Part shown: piece by piece, positions 19,677-29,899 of the stretch
Layout: every line of letters begins with the position of its first letter
How positions within the stretch are numbered: the first letter of the stretch is position 1
NCBI GenBank assembly: GCA_044378015.1
Contig: JBILXZ010000001.1
Location: forward strand, 145-64,144
Length of the DNA stretch: 64,000 nucleotides
Direction of reading: 5' to 3'
Source: Tagaea sp.
GTDB lineage: Bacteria > Pseudomonadota > Alphaproteobacteria > CACIAM-22H2
The notes under the pieces: generated by a model
Told to the model about the DNA's origin: nothing
Seen by the model: only the letters and a program-made list of their open reading frames with translations
The model's database searches: none
Program-made: the position numbers and the translations under genes

Positions 19677-20699
19677 TCAGAAGATCATGTCGTCGTCGCC
19701 GCCGCGCCCGCTCAGCACGATTTCGCCGCGCGCGGCGAGATCCTTGGCGAGATCGATGATGGCACGCTGCGCTTCGCCCACCTCTTTGACGCGGACCGGG
19801 CCGAGCGCGGCCATGTCGTCGTGCAGAAGCGTGGCGGCGCGCTCGGACATGTTGGCGAGGAAAACGTCGCGCACTTCGTCGGGCGCGCCCTTGAGTGCCA
19901 GGGCCAGACGCCGCTTGTCGATCGCGCGCAGCAGCGTCTGCACGCCTGCCGGTGCGAGCCGCGCCATGTCCTCGAACTTGAACATGCTGTCGCGCACTTT
20001 GTCGGCGACGTCGGGCGCGCGCTCCTCGAGCGCGCCCATGAAGCGCCGCTCGGTCGCCGCTTCGAACTCGTTGAAGATTTCGGCGACGGATTCGTGGGTG
20101 TTCTTACGCGGCGCTTTGGCGACGTTGCTCATGAACTCGTTGCGCAGGATCGCCTCGATCTCTTCGAGCACCTCCTTGGGCACGGTTTCGAGGCGCAGCA
20201 TGCGCGTGACGACCTCCATCGCGAAACTGTCGCTCAACTGCGACAGAACCTTGGCGGCGTAAGCCGGCGCCACCTTCGAAAGCACGACGGCGGCGGTCTG
20301 CGGATATTCGTTCTTGAGATACGTCGCCAGCATCTGCTCGGGCACGTAGCCGAGCTTCTCCCAGATCGTGCGCCCGCGCGGTCCGCGGATTTCTTCGAGA
20401 ATGCCGCCCGCCCGCTTGCCGAGCGCCTTGCCCAAAAAGCGTTCGGTGCCTTCCATGGTCCCGGCAAGACCGGATCCCTGGCCCATTTGGGCCGCGAAGT
20501 CGGCGACCAGCTGTTCGATGACCGGCGCGCCGACCGCGCCCAATCCGGCCATGACGAGGGAGAGCTCTTTGATCTCCTCGTCGTCCATCATCGCGAAGAT
20601 TCTGGCCGCACTCTCCTCGCCGACGGCCAACAGCAAGATGGCCGCCTTTTCCGAACCGGTCAAAGTCCGGTAGTCGTCGACGGAGCGAGGACTAGACAT
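19677..20699 (-). CDS. fliG: flagellar motor switch protein FliG
   Basis: Full-length FliG: N-terminal SGSEKAAILLLAVGEE, middle EIRGP, C-terminal torque helix (MFKFEDMARL...VGEAQRAIIDLAKDLAARGEIV). Confidence 0.85.
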   Translation of the reverse strand: MSSPRSVDDYRTLTGSEKAAILLLAVGEESAARIFAMMDDEEIKELSLVMAGLGAVGAPVIEQLVADFAAQMGQGSGLAGTMEGTERFLGKALGKRAGGILEEIRGPRGRTIWEKLGYVPEQMLATYLKNEYPQTAAVVLSKVAPAYAAKVLSQLSDSFAMEVVTRMLRLETVPKEVLEEIEAILRNEFMSNVAKAPRKNTHESVAEIFNEFEAATERRFMGALEERAPDVADKVRDSMFKFEDMARLAPAGVQTLLRAIDKRRLALALKGAPDEVRDVFLANMSERAATLLHDDMAALGPVRVKEVGEAQRAIIDLAKDLAARGEIVLSGRGGDDDMIF

Positions 20700-20850
20700 A
20701 GGACTCCCATTTTACGCCGATTCGGCGGCTTGGCAAAACCAACCGCCCCAAACGGGGCCTCGAATATCTTGCAATCCGCCGCAGTTCCCCTAAATGGAGG
20801 GTCGAACCGGCGGACGCGGAAAAACGGCTTATCCAGAGCGGCAGCTTCAA

Positions 20851-21794
20851 TGATCGAAATCCAGGGCCTGAAGAAATATTTCGGCCATATTCGGGCGGTC
20901 GACGACGTTTCGTTTTCGGTCGCGCGCGGCGAAGTGCTGGGATTTCTGGGCCCCAACGGGGCGGGAAAATCCACGACCATGAAGATGGCGACGGGCTTTC
21001 TCGCGCCGACGGCGGGGACCGCGCGCATTTGCGGCTTCGACGTGCAGACCGATCCCGTCGCCGCCAAGCGCAAGATGGGCTACCTGCCCGAAGGGGCCCC
21101 CGCCTATCCCGACATGACGGCCGCCTCCTTCCTCGATTTCATCGCCGCCATCCGCGGCTTCGACGGCGCGCAGCGGGCGAAGCGCGTGGCGGCGGCAGTC
21201 GAACGCACGCAGCTTGCGGGCATTCTGGACCAGTCGATCGACACGCTCTCGAAGGGCTTCAAGCGGCGCGTGGGCCTCGCACAAGCGCTGCTGCACGACC
21301 CCGACGTGCTGATCCTGGACGAGCCAACCGACGGGCTCGATCCCAACCAGAAGCACGAGGTGCGCAACCTCATCCGCGACATGGCGGCCGACAAGGCGAT
21401 CGTGATCTCGACGCACATTCTCGAAGAGGTCGATGCGATTTGCACGCGCGCGATCATCGTCGCCAAGGGGCGCGTGCTGGCGGACGGCACGCCCGAAGCG
21501 CTCGAGAAACGTTCGCGCTGGCACTATGCCGTTTCGTTCGTGACCGACGCTTCGGCCATCGACGCGTTGCAGGCGGCCCTCGGCGCGCACGCGGGCGTGG
21601 GCGGCTTCGAGCGCGTTGCGGGCGAGGACGGGCTTGCGATGCTGACCGCATTCCCGCGCAACGGGGTCCCGATGCTGGTCGAACTCGGCGCCATCGCGCG
21701 CGCCAGCGGCGCGCGCATCCACGAAATCCGCGAGGAACGCGGCCGCCTCGACGAGGTGTTCCGCGCCGTCACCACCGCCCGGCAGGCAGCCTGA
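20851..21794 (+). CDS. ABC transporter ATP-binding protein (GldA/ABC-2 type)
   Basis: Walker A GPNGAGKST, signature LSKGFKRRVGLAQAL, Walker B VLILDEPTDGLD. Confidence 0.85.
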
Positions 21795-21798
21795 CGCC

Positions 21799-22533
21799 AT
21801 GCGCAACATCTGGTTCATCTTCAAGCGCGAACTCGGCGGCTATTTCGCCACCCCGGTCGCCTACGTGTTTCTGGTCATCTTCCTCGTGCTGGCCAGCGTC
21901 TTCACCTTCTATCTCGGCAATTTCTTCGAGCGCGGCCAGGCCGACCTGCAGGCCTTCTTTTCGTTCCATCCGTGGCTCTATCTGTTCCTGATCCCGGCCA
22001 TCGCGATGCGGCTGTGGTCGGAGGAGCGCCGCTCGGGCACGATCGAGCTGTTCTTGACGCTGCCGATCACCGTAGGCCAAGCCGTGCTCGGCAAATTTCT
22101 CGCCGCATGGGCGTTCGTGGTGCTGGCCCTTGCCCTCACCTTTCCGATCTGGATCACGGTCAACCGGCTGGGCGAGCCCGACAACGGGATCGTGCTCGCA
22201 AGCTACGCGGGCTCGGCCATGATGAGCGCGGGCTATCTCGCCATCGGATCGGCGATTTCGGCGACGACCAAAAGCCAGGTCGTGGCCTTCGTGATTTCGG
22301 CGGCAGTCTGCTTCGCGTTCACGGTCGCAGGCACGCCGCTCGTGCTGTCCTTCTTCTCGGGCTGGGCGCCGGGCGCTGTCGTCGACGCCGTCGCAAGCTT
22401 CAGCTTCCTCACCCATTTCAACGCGATTTCGCGCGGCGTCATCGACCTGCGCGACGTCGTCTATTTCGTCTCGCTCGTCGCGGCGTGCCTTTTCGCCAAT
22501 GCCGCGATCGTCGAACTGAAAAAGGCGGGCTGA
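21799..22533 (+). CDS. ABC-2 type transporter permease (GldF-like)
   Basis: 6-TM ABC-2 permease, 4 nt after the ATPase gene. Confidence 0.8.
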   Translation: MRNIWFIFKRELGGYFATPVAYVFLVIFLVLASVFTFYLGNFFERGQADLQAFFSFHPWLYLFLIPAIAMRLWSEERRSGTIELFLTLPITVGQAVLGKFLAAWAFVVLALALTFPIWITVNRLGEPDNGIVLASYAGSAMMSAGYLAIGSAISATTKSQVVAFVISAAVCFAFTVAGTPLVLSFFSGWAPGAVVDAVASFSFLTHFNAISRGVIDLRDVVYFVSLVAACLFANAAIVELKKAG

Positions 22534-22537
22534 TCCG

Positions 22538-24445
22538 ATGGCAGGCAACGCCCCTTCCAATGCCGCCGCCAAGCGCGCGGCCGCTGCAGGCGCCGGCATA
22601 GCGCTCGCGGCACTGCTGTTCGTGGCCGTCAACATGCTGGCCAATCTCCTGTTCGCCAATGCCCGGCTCGACCTCACCGCCGACCGGCTCTTCACCTTGA
22701 GCCAGGGCACGCGCGCGATCCTCGGCAAGATCGAAGAGCCCATCGTCCTTCGCTTCTACTATTCCGAGCGCCTGGGCCGCGAAGTGCCGAGCTACGGCGT
22801 CTACGCCCAGCGCGTGCGCGAACTGCTCGAGGAATACCGCAACAATTCGCGCGGCCGCCTGCGCCTCGAAACGATCGACCCCGCCCCCTATTCGGACGAA
22901 GAAGACCGCGCGGTCGCCTTCGGCCTGCAGGGCGTGCCGCTGAACCAGCAGGGCGAGACCGTCTATTTCGGGCTCGTCGGCACCAACGGCGCCGACCGCG
23001 AAGAGACCATCGCTTTCTTCCAGCCCGAGCGCGAGCGCTTTCTCGAATACGATCTCACCAAGGCCGTCTACAATCTGACGGTCGCGAAGAAGCCCCAGGT
23101 CGGCCTCCTCTCGAGCCTGCCGATGGAGGGCGAGTTCCGCGGCCGCGGCCAGCCGAGCCCGCCTTGGGCTGTCTATACCCAGCTGGGCCAGTTCTTCGAC
23201 ATCCGCCCCGTGGCGCGCGACGCGGCCGAAATTCCGGCCGAGATCGGCGTGCTGATGGTCGTGCATCCGAAGAGCCTGCCCGAGCCCACGCTCTACGCGA
23301 TCGACCAGTTCGTGCTGCGCGGCGGCCGCGCGCTTGTTTTCGTCGATCCGATGTCGGAAAGCGAGATGGTGCGCGGCGGGCCTGCCGCCATGGGCGGCCC
23401 CGTCGGCTCGAACCTTGCCAAGCTGTTCGACGCGTGGGGCCTGTCGATGGAAGACGACAAGCTCGCGGGCGACCGGGCGGCGGCGCGGCGCGTCAATGCC
23501 GGCACCGAGGGCCGCGTGCGCGCGGTCGACTACGTGCTGTGGCTGAGTCTGCGGGAGCCGAATTTCGAGCGCAGCGACGTGCTGCTGACCGAAGCGAGCA
23601 CGATCCAGATGGCGTCGGCCGGAATTCTCGCCAAGAAGGAAGGGGCCGCGACCGAATTCGTGCCGCTGCTGCGCACAAGCGCGCAATCGCAGGCGATCGG
23701 CGTGGACGAAGTGCGCATGCAGCCCGATCCGGCCGCATTGCTCGCCAATTTCAAACCCTCGGGCGCATCGTTCGCGCTCGCCGCGCGCATTCGCGGCGAA
23801 AGCCGGTCGGCGTTCGCGGAGGCCCCTGCGCTGGCCGAGGGCCAGCCGGCGCGCGCGGCAACGCATCTCGCGCAGTCGACCGGGCCCATCAACGTCGTCG
23901 TCGTCGCCGATACGGACATGCTCGAAGACCGGTTCTGGGTGCAGGTGCAGGATTTCTTCGGCCAGCGCGTGGCGACACCTGCCGCGTACAACGGCGATTT
24001 CGTCGTGAACGCGGTCGACAATCTGCTGGGTTCGTCGGACCTCATCGGCCTGCGCGGGCGCGGCCTGTCGCAGCGCCCCTTCACGCTGCTGGCCGACATC
24101 CAGCGCGACGCCGAGTTGCGCTTCCGCGCCAAGGAGCGCGAACTCAGCGAGAAGCTGCGCGAAACCGAGCGGCGCCTGGCCGAGCTGCAGGGCCGCGGGG
24201 GGCCTCGCGGCGAAGACGCCCCGCGCTCGATCCTGACGGCCGACCAGCAGACCGAGATCGACCGTTTCCGCGCCGAACTCCTCGGCGTGCGCCGCGAACT
24301 GCGCGACGTGCAGCGCGATCTGCGCCAGGACATCGAAGCCGTCCAGACCTTCGCGAAAGCGGTCAATATCGGCGCGGTCCCGGCTCTCGTCGCCCTGCTG
24401 GCGATCGGGCTCGGCGCGGCGCGCCTGCGCCGCCGCAGCGGCTGA
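22538..24445 (+). CDS. GldG-family ABC-transporter auxiliary protein
   Basis: N- and C-terminal TM helices flanking a large periplasmic domain; RLDLTADRLFTLSQGTRAILGKIEEPIVLRFYYS motif typical of GldG. Confidence 0.75.
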   Translation: MAGNAPSNAAAKRAAAAGAGIALAALLFVAVNMLANLLFANARLDLTADRLFTLSQGTRAILGKIEEPIVLRFYYSERLGREVPSYGVYAQRVRELLEEYRNNSRGRLRLETIDPAPYSDEEDRAVAFGLQGVPLNQQGETVYFGLVGTNGADREETIAFFQPERERFLEYDLTKAVYNLTVAKKPQVGLLSSLPMEGEFRGRGQPSPPWAVYTQLGQFFDIRPVARDAAEIPAEIGVLMVVHPKSLPEPTLYAIDQFVLRGGRALVFVDPMSESEMVRGGPAAMGGPVGSNLAKLFDAWGLSMEDDKLAGDRAAARRVNAGTEGRVRAVDYVLWLSLREPNFERSDVLLTEASTIQMASAGILAKKEGAATEFVPLLRTSAQSQAIGVDEVRMQPDPAALLANFKPSGASFALAARIRGESRSAFAEAPALAEGQPARAATHLAQSTGPINVVVVADTDMLEDRFWVQVQDFFGQRVATPAAYNGDFVVNAVDNLLGSSDLIGLRGRGLSQRPFTLLADIQRDAELRFRAKERELSEKLRETERRLAELQGRGGPRGEDAPRSILTADQQTEIDRFRAELLGVRRELRDVQRDLRQDIEAVQTFAKAVNIGAVPALVALLAIGLGAARLRRRSG

Positions 24446-24478
24446 GACGCGACACCACTTCGGAAAAGAGACGCCAAG

Positions 24479-25558
24479 ATGCGAACCAAAACGCTTGTCG
24501 TGCTGGCCGGTCTGACGCTCGCAACGGGGGCAGGCGCGTTCTATGCGACGCACCAGCGCAACGCGCCCGACGCGAGCGCTGCCGTGCAGAACCAGCCGGT
24601 GCTGCCGGGCTTGGCCGCGCGCATCGACGGGCTCGCGCGCGTCGAAATCGAGCGCGGCGGTGCCGCCTTCGCGCTGCAGCGCGGGGCCGACGGCAACTGG
24701 TCGCTGCCCGGCAAAGCCGACTACCCGGTCGCTTTCGAACCCGTGCGCCGCTTGGCGCTCGACATGGCGAATTTGCGCATCCTCGAGGCGCGCACGGCCA
24801 ATCCGGCGCTGCACGGCGAAATCGATCTCGACGGCGCAGGCGCCGACCAGAAAGCGACGCGCGTGACGCTGTTCGGCCCCGACGGCCAAACGCTTGCGAG
24901 CCTGCTTGTGGGCCGCACGCGTTTCGGCCGCCAGGGGACGGCCGGCGACGGAACTTTCGTTCGCCTCGCGGGCCAAAACCAGGTGTGGCTGGCGCAAGGC
25001 CGCGTTTCGGTCGAGCGCGAGGCGGCACGCTGGCTCGACCGGCGCTTGGCCGACGTCGCGCGCGAACGCATCGCCAGTGCGCGCATCGTCGCCGCCGACG
25101 GCAAGTACCTCGCGGTTTCGCGCGACAAGCCGGCCGACGAGGATTTTGCGCTCGCCGACCTTCCCCGCGGCAAAAAAATCAAGTCGGCCTTCGACGTCAA
25201 TCTTGTGGCAAGCGCGCTCGAAGGGCTCGAACTCGAGGATGTGCGCAAGGCCGACGGACTGGCGTTTGCCGCCGACGCCGACTATTCGGAATATCGCAGC
25301 TTCGACGGGCTCGTGGTGCGCGCCCAGCGCGCGCGCGACGGCAGCGACGTCTGGGTGCGGTTCGCGGCCCGCTTCGAGCCCGCCGCCGCGCGCGATCCGT
25401 TGCCCGAGGATGCCAAGCTCAAATCCGCCGACGACGTCGCCAAAGAAGCGGCGGCTCTCAACGCGCGCACCGCCGGCTGGGCCTATCGGCTGCCCGGCTA
25501 CAAAATCGAATATATGACCCGCAGCGTCGCCGATTTGGTCGAAGACAAAACGCCCTGA
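24479..25558 (+). CDS. DUF4340 domain protein (fourth component of the GldAFG-type system)
   Basis: Signal/TM N-terminus; conserved placement after gldG; repeated beta-rich modules. Confidence 0.6.
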   Translation: MRTKTLVVLAGLTLATGAGAFYATHQRNAPDASAAVQNQPVLPGLAARIDGLARVEIERGGAAFALQRGADGNWSLPGKADYPVAFEPVRRLALDMANLRILEARTANPALHGEIDLDGAGADQKATRVTLFGPDGQTLASLLVGRTRFGRQGTAGDGTFVRLAGQNQVWLAQGRVSVEREAARWLDRRLADVARERIASARIVAADGKYLAVSRDKPADEDFALADLPRGKKIKSAFDVNLVASALEGLELEDVRKADGLAFAADADYSEYRSFDGLVVRAQRARDGSDVWVRFAARFEPAAARDPLPEDAKLKSADDVAKEAAALNARTAGWAYRLPGYKIEYMTRSVADLVEDKTP

Positions 25559-25614
25559 TTCGGAGCAGCAAAAGGCTCCTGTGAAACCTGGGGATAAGTC
25601 CGAAAGCATCTGCC

Positions 25615-25630
25615 CCACAATATCTTGTGA
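25615..25630 (+). promoter_or_regulatory. candidate NrdR box upstream of nrdJ
   Basis: cCACAATATCTTGTGa matches the NrdR box consensus acaCwAtATaTwGtgt with perfect CACAA/TTGTG arms; no convincing second box. Confidence 0.35.
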
Positions 25631-25740
25631 GTCTGGAGATTGTGGAAACATAGAGAGAACATTTCGATTGAAGCGGTCGCATTCTCGGGCTTAGACTGCA
25701 GCCCTTCATTGCCAATATGCGCCTTGCGAAAGCCCCTGCC

Positions 25741-28167
25741 ATGCGTCCGATCGCTGCCATCTCCCAGCAAATCTGGGACATGAAGTACCGTTTCAAAACG
25801 CCCGACGGTGCCCCTATCGACAAGTCGATCGAGGACACCTGGATGCGCGTGGCAACCGCTTTGGCCGCATGCGAGGCGGATCCGGCGGCGTGGACGGCGC
25901 GCTTCTACGAAGCGCTCGACGGCTTCAAATTCATCCCCGCCGGCCGCATTGTCGCGGGGGCCGGGACCGCGCGCAGCGTCACGCTGTTCAACTGCTTCGT
26001 GATGGGCACGGTGCCCGACGACATGGGCGGCATTTTCGCGCATCTGCGCGAAGCGGCCCTCACGATGCAGCAAGGCGGGGGCATCGGCTACGATTTCTCG
26101 ACGCTGCGACCCAAGGGGGCGGCCGTCAAGGGCGTGGGTGCGGACGCCTCGGGCCCGCTCACCTTCATGGACGTGTGGGACGCGATGTGCCGCACGATCA
26201 TGTCGGCGGGGAGCAGGCGCGGCGCCATGATGGCGACCTTGCGCTGCGACCATCCGGACATCGAGGCCTTCATCGAGGCCAAGCGCGAACCCGGGCGCCT
26301 GCGCATGTTCAATCTTTCCGTCCTCGCGACCGACGCCTTCATGACGGCCGTCAAGGAAGACGCGCCCTGGCAGCTCGTGTTCGGCGGCACGCACTACAAG
26401 ACGCTGCGCGCGCGCGAGCTGTGGGACAAGATCATGCGCGCGACCTACGCCTTCGCCGAACCCGGCGTGATCTTCATCGACCGCATCAACCGCACCAACA
26501 ATCTCTGGTACGCCGAACAAATCGCGGCGACGAACCCGTGCGGCGAGCAGCCGCTGCCGCCCTACGGCGCCTGCCTGCTGGGCTCGGTCAATCTCGCGGC
26601 CTTCGTGACCGACCCGTTCGGCGCCGACGCCAAGCTCGACGAGGCCGAACTGCTGCGCACCATCCCGCTTGCCGTGCGCATGATGGACAATGTCACGGAC
26701 GTGTCGCGCTTTCCGCTGCCCGAGCAGCGGAAGGAAGCGCACGACAAGCGCCGCATCGGCCTCGGCGTCACGGGCCTCGCGGACGCGCTTGCCATGTGCA
26801 AGCTGCGCTACGGCACCGATCCGGCCGTCGCCACGACCGAGCGCTGGATGCGCCTCATCCGCGACGCGGCCTATGCGGCCTCGGTCGAGCTTGCGCGCGA
26901 GAAGGGCCCCTTCCCGCTGTACGAGCGCGACAAATATCTGGCCGGCCCCGCGATCCAAGGTCTCGACGACGATCTGCGCGCGCGGATCGCCGAACACGGC
27001 ATCCGCAACGCGCTTTTGACGTCGATAGCACCCACGGGAACGATCTCGCTGATGGCCGACAACGTGTCGTCGGGCCTCGAACCGATTTTCTCGCTGAGCT
27101 ACACGCGCACGGTGCTGATGCCCGACGGCACGCGCCGCCAGGAGGAAGTCAGCGACTACGCGTACCGGCTCTACAAGCGCCTCCACGGCGACAACGCGGA
27201 ACTGCCGGGCTATTTCGTCGATGCCCAGCGCTTGAGCCCGTCCGAGCATGTCGTGATGCAGGCCGCCGTGCAGAAATACATCGACGCTTCGATCTCCAAG
27301 ACCATCAACTGCCCCGAAGACATGTCCTTCGACGCGTTCAAGGACGTCTACGGCCAAGCCTACGCGCTGGGCTGCAAGGGCTGCACGACCTACCGGCCCA
27401 ACGACGTGACGGGCTCGGTCTTGACGGTCAAGAAAGAGGAAACCAAGAAGGCGGCCTCGCCCGTGCAGCAGACGCTGCCGCTCGGCAAGGCGCCGGTACG
27501 CGCGGCCGACCCCTACGAGGCGGGCGGCATCGTCTACATGACGCGCCCGCTCGACCGGCCCGAAGCGCTGCCGGGCCAGACCTACAAGATCAAATGGGCC
27601 GAGGCCGAACACGCGCTCTACATCACGATCAACGACGTGATCACCGACGGGCGCAGGCGCCCGTTCGAAGTGTTCATCAACTCGAAGAACACCGAGCACT
27701 ATGCGTGGACGGTCGCCCTCACGCGCATGATCTCGGCCGTGTTCCGGCGCGGCGGCGACGTGTCCTTCGTGGTCGAAGAGCTGAAGGCCGTGTTCGATCC
27801 GCGCGGCGGCCAATGGATGAACGGGCGCTACGTGCCCTCGCTGCTGGCGGCGATCGGCGAAGTCATCGAGCGCCACATGGTGCAGATCGGCTTCCTGCGC
27901 GCGGGCGAAGCCTTGGCCGCCGACCCGATGGCCGAGCACGCGCCCGTCGCGATCGCGGCAAGCGAGCTTGCCCCGCCCTCGCCCGCCACCGGTGCGGTCG
28001 CGAACCTGTTCGCGCAGACAATGGCGTCCGGCACCCTGGGCAAAATCGATTCGGGCCCCGGCCGCCTTGCGGGGGCGCGCACCTGCCCCAAATGCCAAGC
28101 GCCGACGCTGATCCGCCAGGAAGGTTGCGACAGCTGCTCGAGCTGCGGCTATTCGAAATGCGGGTGA
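25741..28167 (+). CDS. nrdJ: adenosylcobalamin-dependent (class II) ribonucleoside-diphosphate reductase
   Basis: ISQQIWDMKYRF N-terminus, catalytic region (NPCGEQPLPPYGACLLGSVNLA) and C-terminal Cys pair (CDSCSSCGYSKCG), as in class II RNR; alternative start at 25717. Confidence 0.85.
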   Translation: MRPIAAISQQIWDMKYRFKTPDGAPIDKSIEDTWMRVATALAACEADPAAWTARFYEALDGFKFIPAGRIVAGAGTARSVTLFNCFVMGTVPDDMGGIFAHLREAALTMQQGGGIGYDFSTLRPKGAAVKGVGADASGPLTFMDVWDAMCRTIMSAGSRRGAMMATLRCDHPDIEAFIEAKREPGRLRMFNLSVLATDAFMTAVKEDAPWQLVFGGTHYKTLRARELWDKIMRATYAFAEPGVIFIDRINRTNNLWYAEQIAATNPCGEQPLPPYGACLLGSVNLAAFVTDPFGADAKLDEAELLRTIPLAVRMMDNVTDVSRFPLPEQRKEAHDKRRIGLGVTGLADALAMCKLRYGTDPAVATTERWMRLIRDAAYAASVELAREKGPFPLYERDKYLAGPAIQGLDDDLRARIAEHGIRNALLTSIAPTGTISLMADNVSSGLEPIFSLSYTRTVLMPDGTRRQEEVSDYAYRLYKRLHGDNAELPGYFVDAQRLSPSEHVVMQAAVQKYIDASISKTINCPEDMSFDAFKDVYGQAYALGCKGCTTYRPNDVTGSVLTVKKEETKKAASPVQQTLPLGKAPVRAADPYEAGGIVYMTRPLDRPEALPGQTYKIKWAEAEHALYITINDVITDGRRRPFEVFINSKNTEHYAWTVALTRMISAVFRRGGDVSFVVEELKAVFDPRGGQWMNGRYVPSLLAAIGEVIERHMVQIGFLRAGEALAADPMAEHAPVAIAASELAPPSPATGAVANLFAQTMASGTLGKIDSGPGRLAGARTCPKCQAPTLIRQEGCDSCSSCGYSKCG

Positions 28168-28171
28168 GCGT

Positions 28172-29899
28172 TTAGCTCTCGCGGCTGCCGGGGACCACGG
28201 TCAGGGCCGGGCGGCCGACGTCGAGGCCGATTTTGTCGAGGTCGAGATCGGCGAGCCACGGGCGCTCGACGCTCGGCGTGCCGAACAGATAACCCTGCAG
28301 GAGCTTCACGCCCTTGCGCGCGAGATGCTGGGCTTCCTGCGCGCTCTCCACGCACTCGGCCACCGTCTCGAGCCCGAAGCCGTCGGCGAGGCCCAGCAGC
28401 GTGCGGATGAAAAGCTGGTTGTCGACGTTGTTCGCCACGCCGCGCACGAAGCTGCCGTCGATCTTGACGCTGTCCACCGCGATCGCTTTGAGGTTGCGGA
28501 AGCTCGTGTAGCCCGCGCCGAAATCGTCGAGCGACACGCGGCACCCGAGTTCGCGCACCTGAGCCACGAACTTGGCCGTCTCGTCGATGTCCTGGATCGC
28601 CACCGTTTCGGTTATCTCGACCGTCAGGCGCTTGGCAAGATCGGGGCGCGTCTTGAGGGTGCCCGAGAGCGCCCGCAGCCACGAAGGATCGCCCGCCGTG
28701 AGGCCCGAGATGTTGATGGCAAGCCGCACGTCCGGCCAGCGCATGAGTTCGCCCATCGCCATTTCGAGCACGCGCCGATCGAGCAGCCGCATGAGGCCGG
28801 TCTGCTCGACGACCGGAATGAACGAGCCCGCGGGCGCTATCGTGCCGTCCATGCGCTGCAGCCGGATCAGACATTCGTAATGGTCCACGACGTAGGTCGT
28901 GGCGTCGACGATCGGCTGGAAGGCGAAGATCAGGCGCTCGTCCTTGAGGGCGGCCTGCACGTCCGAGGAAATCGCCACGAGGCGCTGATGCAGCTCGCGT
29001 TGCGCGGGGCTTGCCGAGAATATCGCGTAGCGATTGCGCCCGGCGCGCTTGGCCTCGTGCAGCGCGGATTCCGCGCGCGCCATCACCTCGACCGCCGAAG
29101 GACCTTGCTCGAGGAACAGCACCGCACCGGCGGACGCCGTCACGTGCAGCGGCCCGTCCGGCGTTTCGATGGGGGCACTGCGCACGGCCGTGAGCAGCCG
29201 GTCGGCGGCAAGGCCGATCTCGGATTCGGGGCACTGGGCGAGGACGAGGCCGAAACGGTCGCCGCCCGCGCGCCCGATCGTGTCGGAAGCGCGCAGGCTG
29301 CGCTCGAGGCGCTGGCCGATGCCGACCAGAAGCGCGTCGGCAGTCGACCAGCCGAACGCGTCGTTGATCGCCGAGAGATTGTCGACGCCGATCAGCAGGA
29401 ACGCGCCGGGCGCCTTGTAGCGAACCGCGTACTCGATCGCGTGGTCGAGCGATTCGCGCAGCCTCGAGGCGTTGAAATGCCCGGTCAGCGGATCGTAGTT
29501 GGCGAGATACTCCAGACGCGCTTCCTTTTCCTTGCGCGTCGTGATCGCGCGCAGCGTGCCGACGAGGCGCAAGGGTTTGCCGTCTTCGGCGAAGGTCGCG
29601 CGCCCGCGGTCGTGCACCCAGATCAGGTTGCCGCCGTCGCCGCGGATGCGGTAGTCGAGATCGTAGGCGATGCGGTCGACGAAATGGGCGGACAGCGCCT
29701 TGAGGCGCTGCGGCAGGTCTTCGGCGTAGACGCGGCTCTGGAATATCTGGCCCGAGTCCGGAAAATCGGCGCGGCCGCCGAACACGTTTTCCGCGCGGCC
29801 GTGCCAGGCGATCGTGTCGGCCGCGAGGTCCCACGCGTAGGCGGCATCGCCCGCCGCGTCGAGCGCGGATGCCGCAAAATCGCGAGTCGCGCCCGTCAT
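28172..29899 (-). CDS. PAS-GGDEF(degenerate)-EAL c-di-GMP phosphodiesterase-type signalling protein
   Basis: PAS region; GGDEF domain whose signature is degenerate (RAGGDRFGL); EAL domain with catalytic residues (ECLIRL, EITE, DDFGAGYTSF, KIDGSFV); start ATG 29899 overlaps the aminotransferase stop by 1 nt (TGATG). Confidence 0.85.
   Translation of the reverse strand: MTGATRDFAASALDAAGDAAYAWDLAADTIAWHGRAENVFGGRADFPDSGQIFQSRVYAEDLPQRLKALSAHFVDRIAYDLDYRIRGDGGNLIWVHDRGRATFAEDGKPLRLVGTLRAITTRKEKEARLEYLANYDPLTGHFNASRLRESLDHAIEYAVRYKAPGAFLLIGVDNLSAINDAFGWSTADALLVGIGQRLERSLRASDTIGRAGGDRFGLVLAQCPESEIGLAADRLLTAVRSAPIETPDGPLHVTASAGAVLFLEQGPSAVEVMARAESALHEAKRAGRNRYAIFSASPAQRELHQRLVAISSDVQAALKDERLIFAFQPIVDATTYVVDHYECLIRLQRMDGTIAPAGSFIPVVEQTGLMRLLDRRVLEMAMGELMRWPDVRLAINISGLTAGDPSWLRALSGTLKTRPDLAKRLTVEITETVAIQDIDETAKFVAQVRELGCRVSLDDFGAGYTSFRNLKAIAVDSVKIDGSFVRGVANNVDNQLFIRTLLGLADGFGLETVAECVESAQEAQHLARKGVKLLQGYLFGTPSVERPWLADLDLDKIGLDVGRPALTVVPGSRES

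Noticed and set aside
20700-20850. Sigma54-type (GG-N10-GC) promoter for the orphan fliG
   Set aside because: Closest candidate (TGGCAAAACCAACCGC) has wrong spacing and is on the wrong strand for fliG
25560-25740. Possible cobalamin riboswitch upstream of the B12-dependent nrdJ
   Set aside because: No B12-box (GCCACTG) or other conserved riboswitch blocks; only an NrdR-box-like palindrome found
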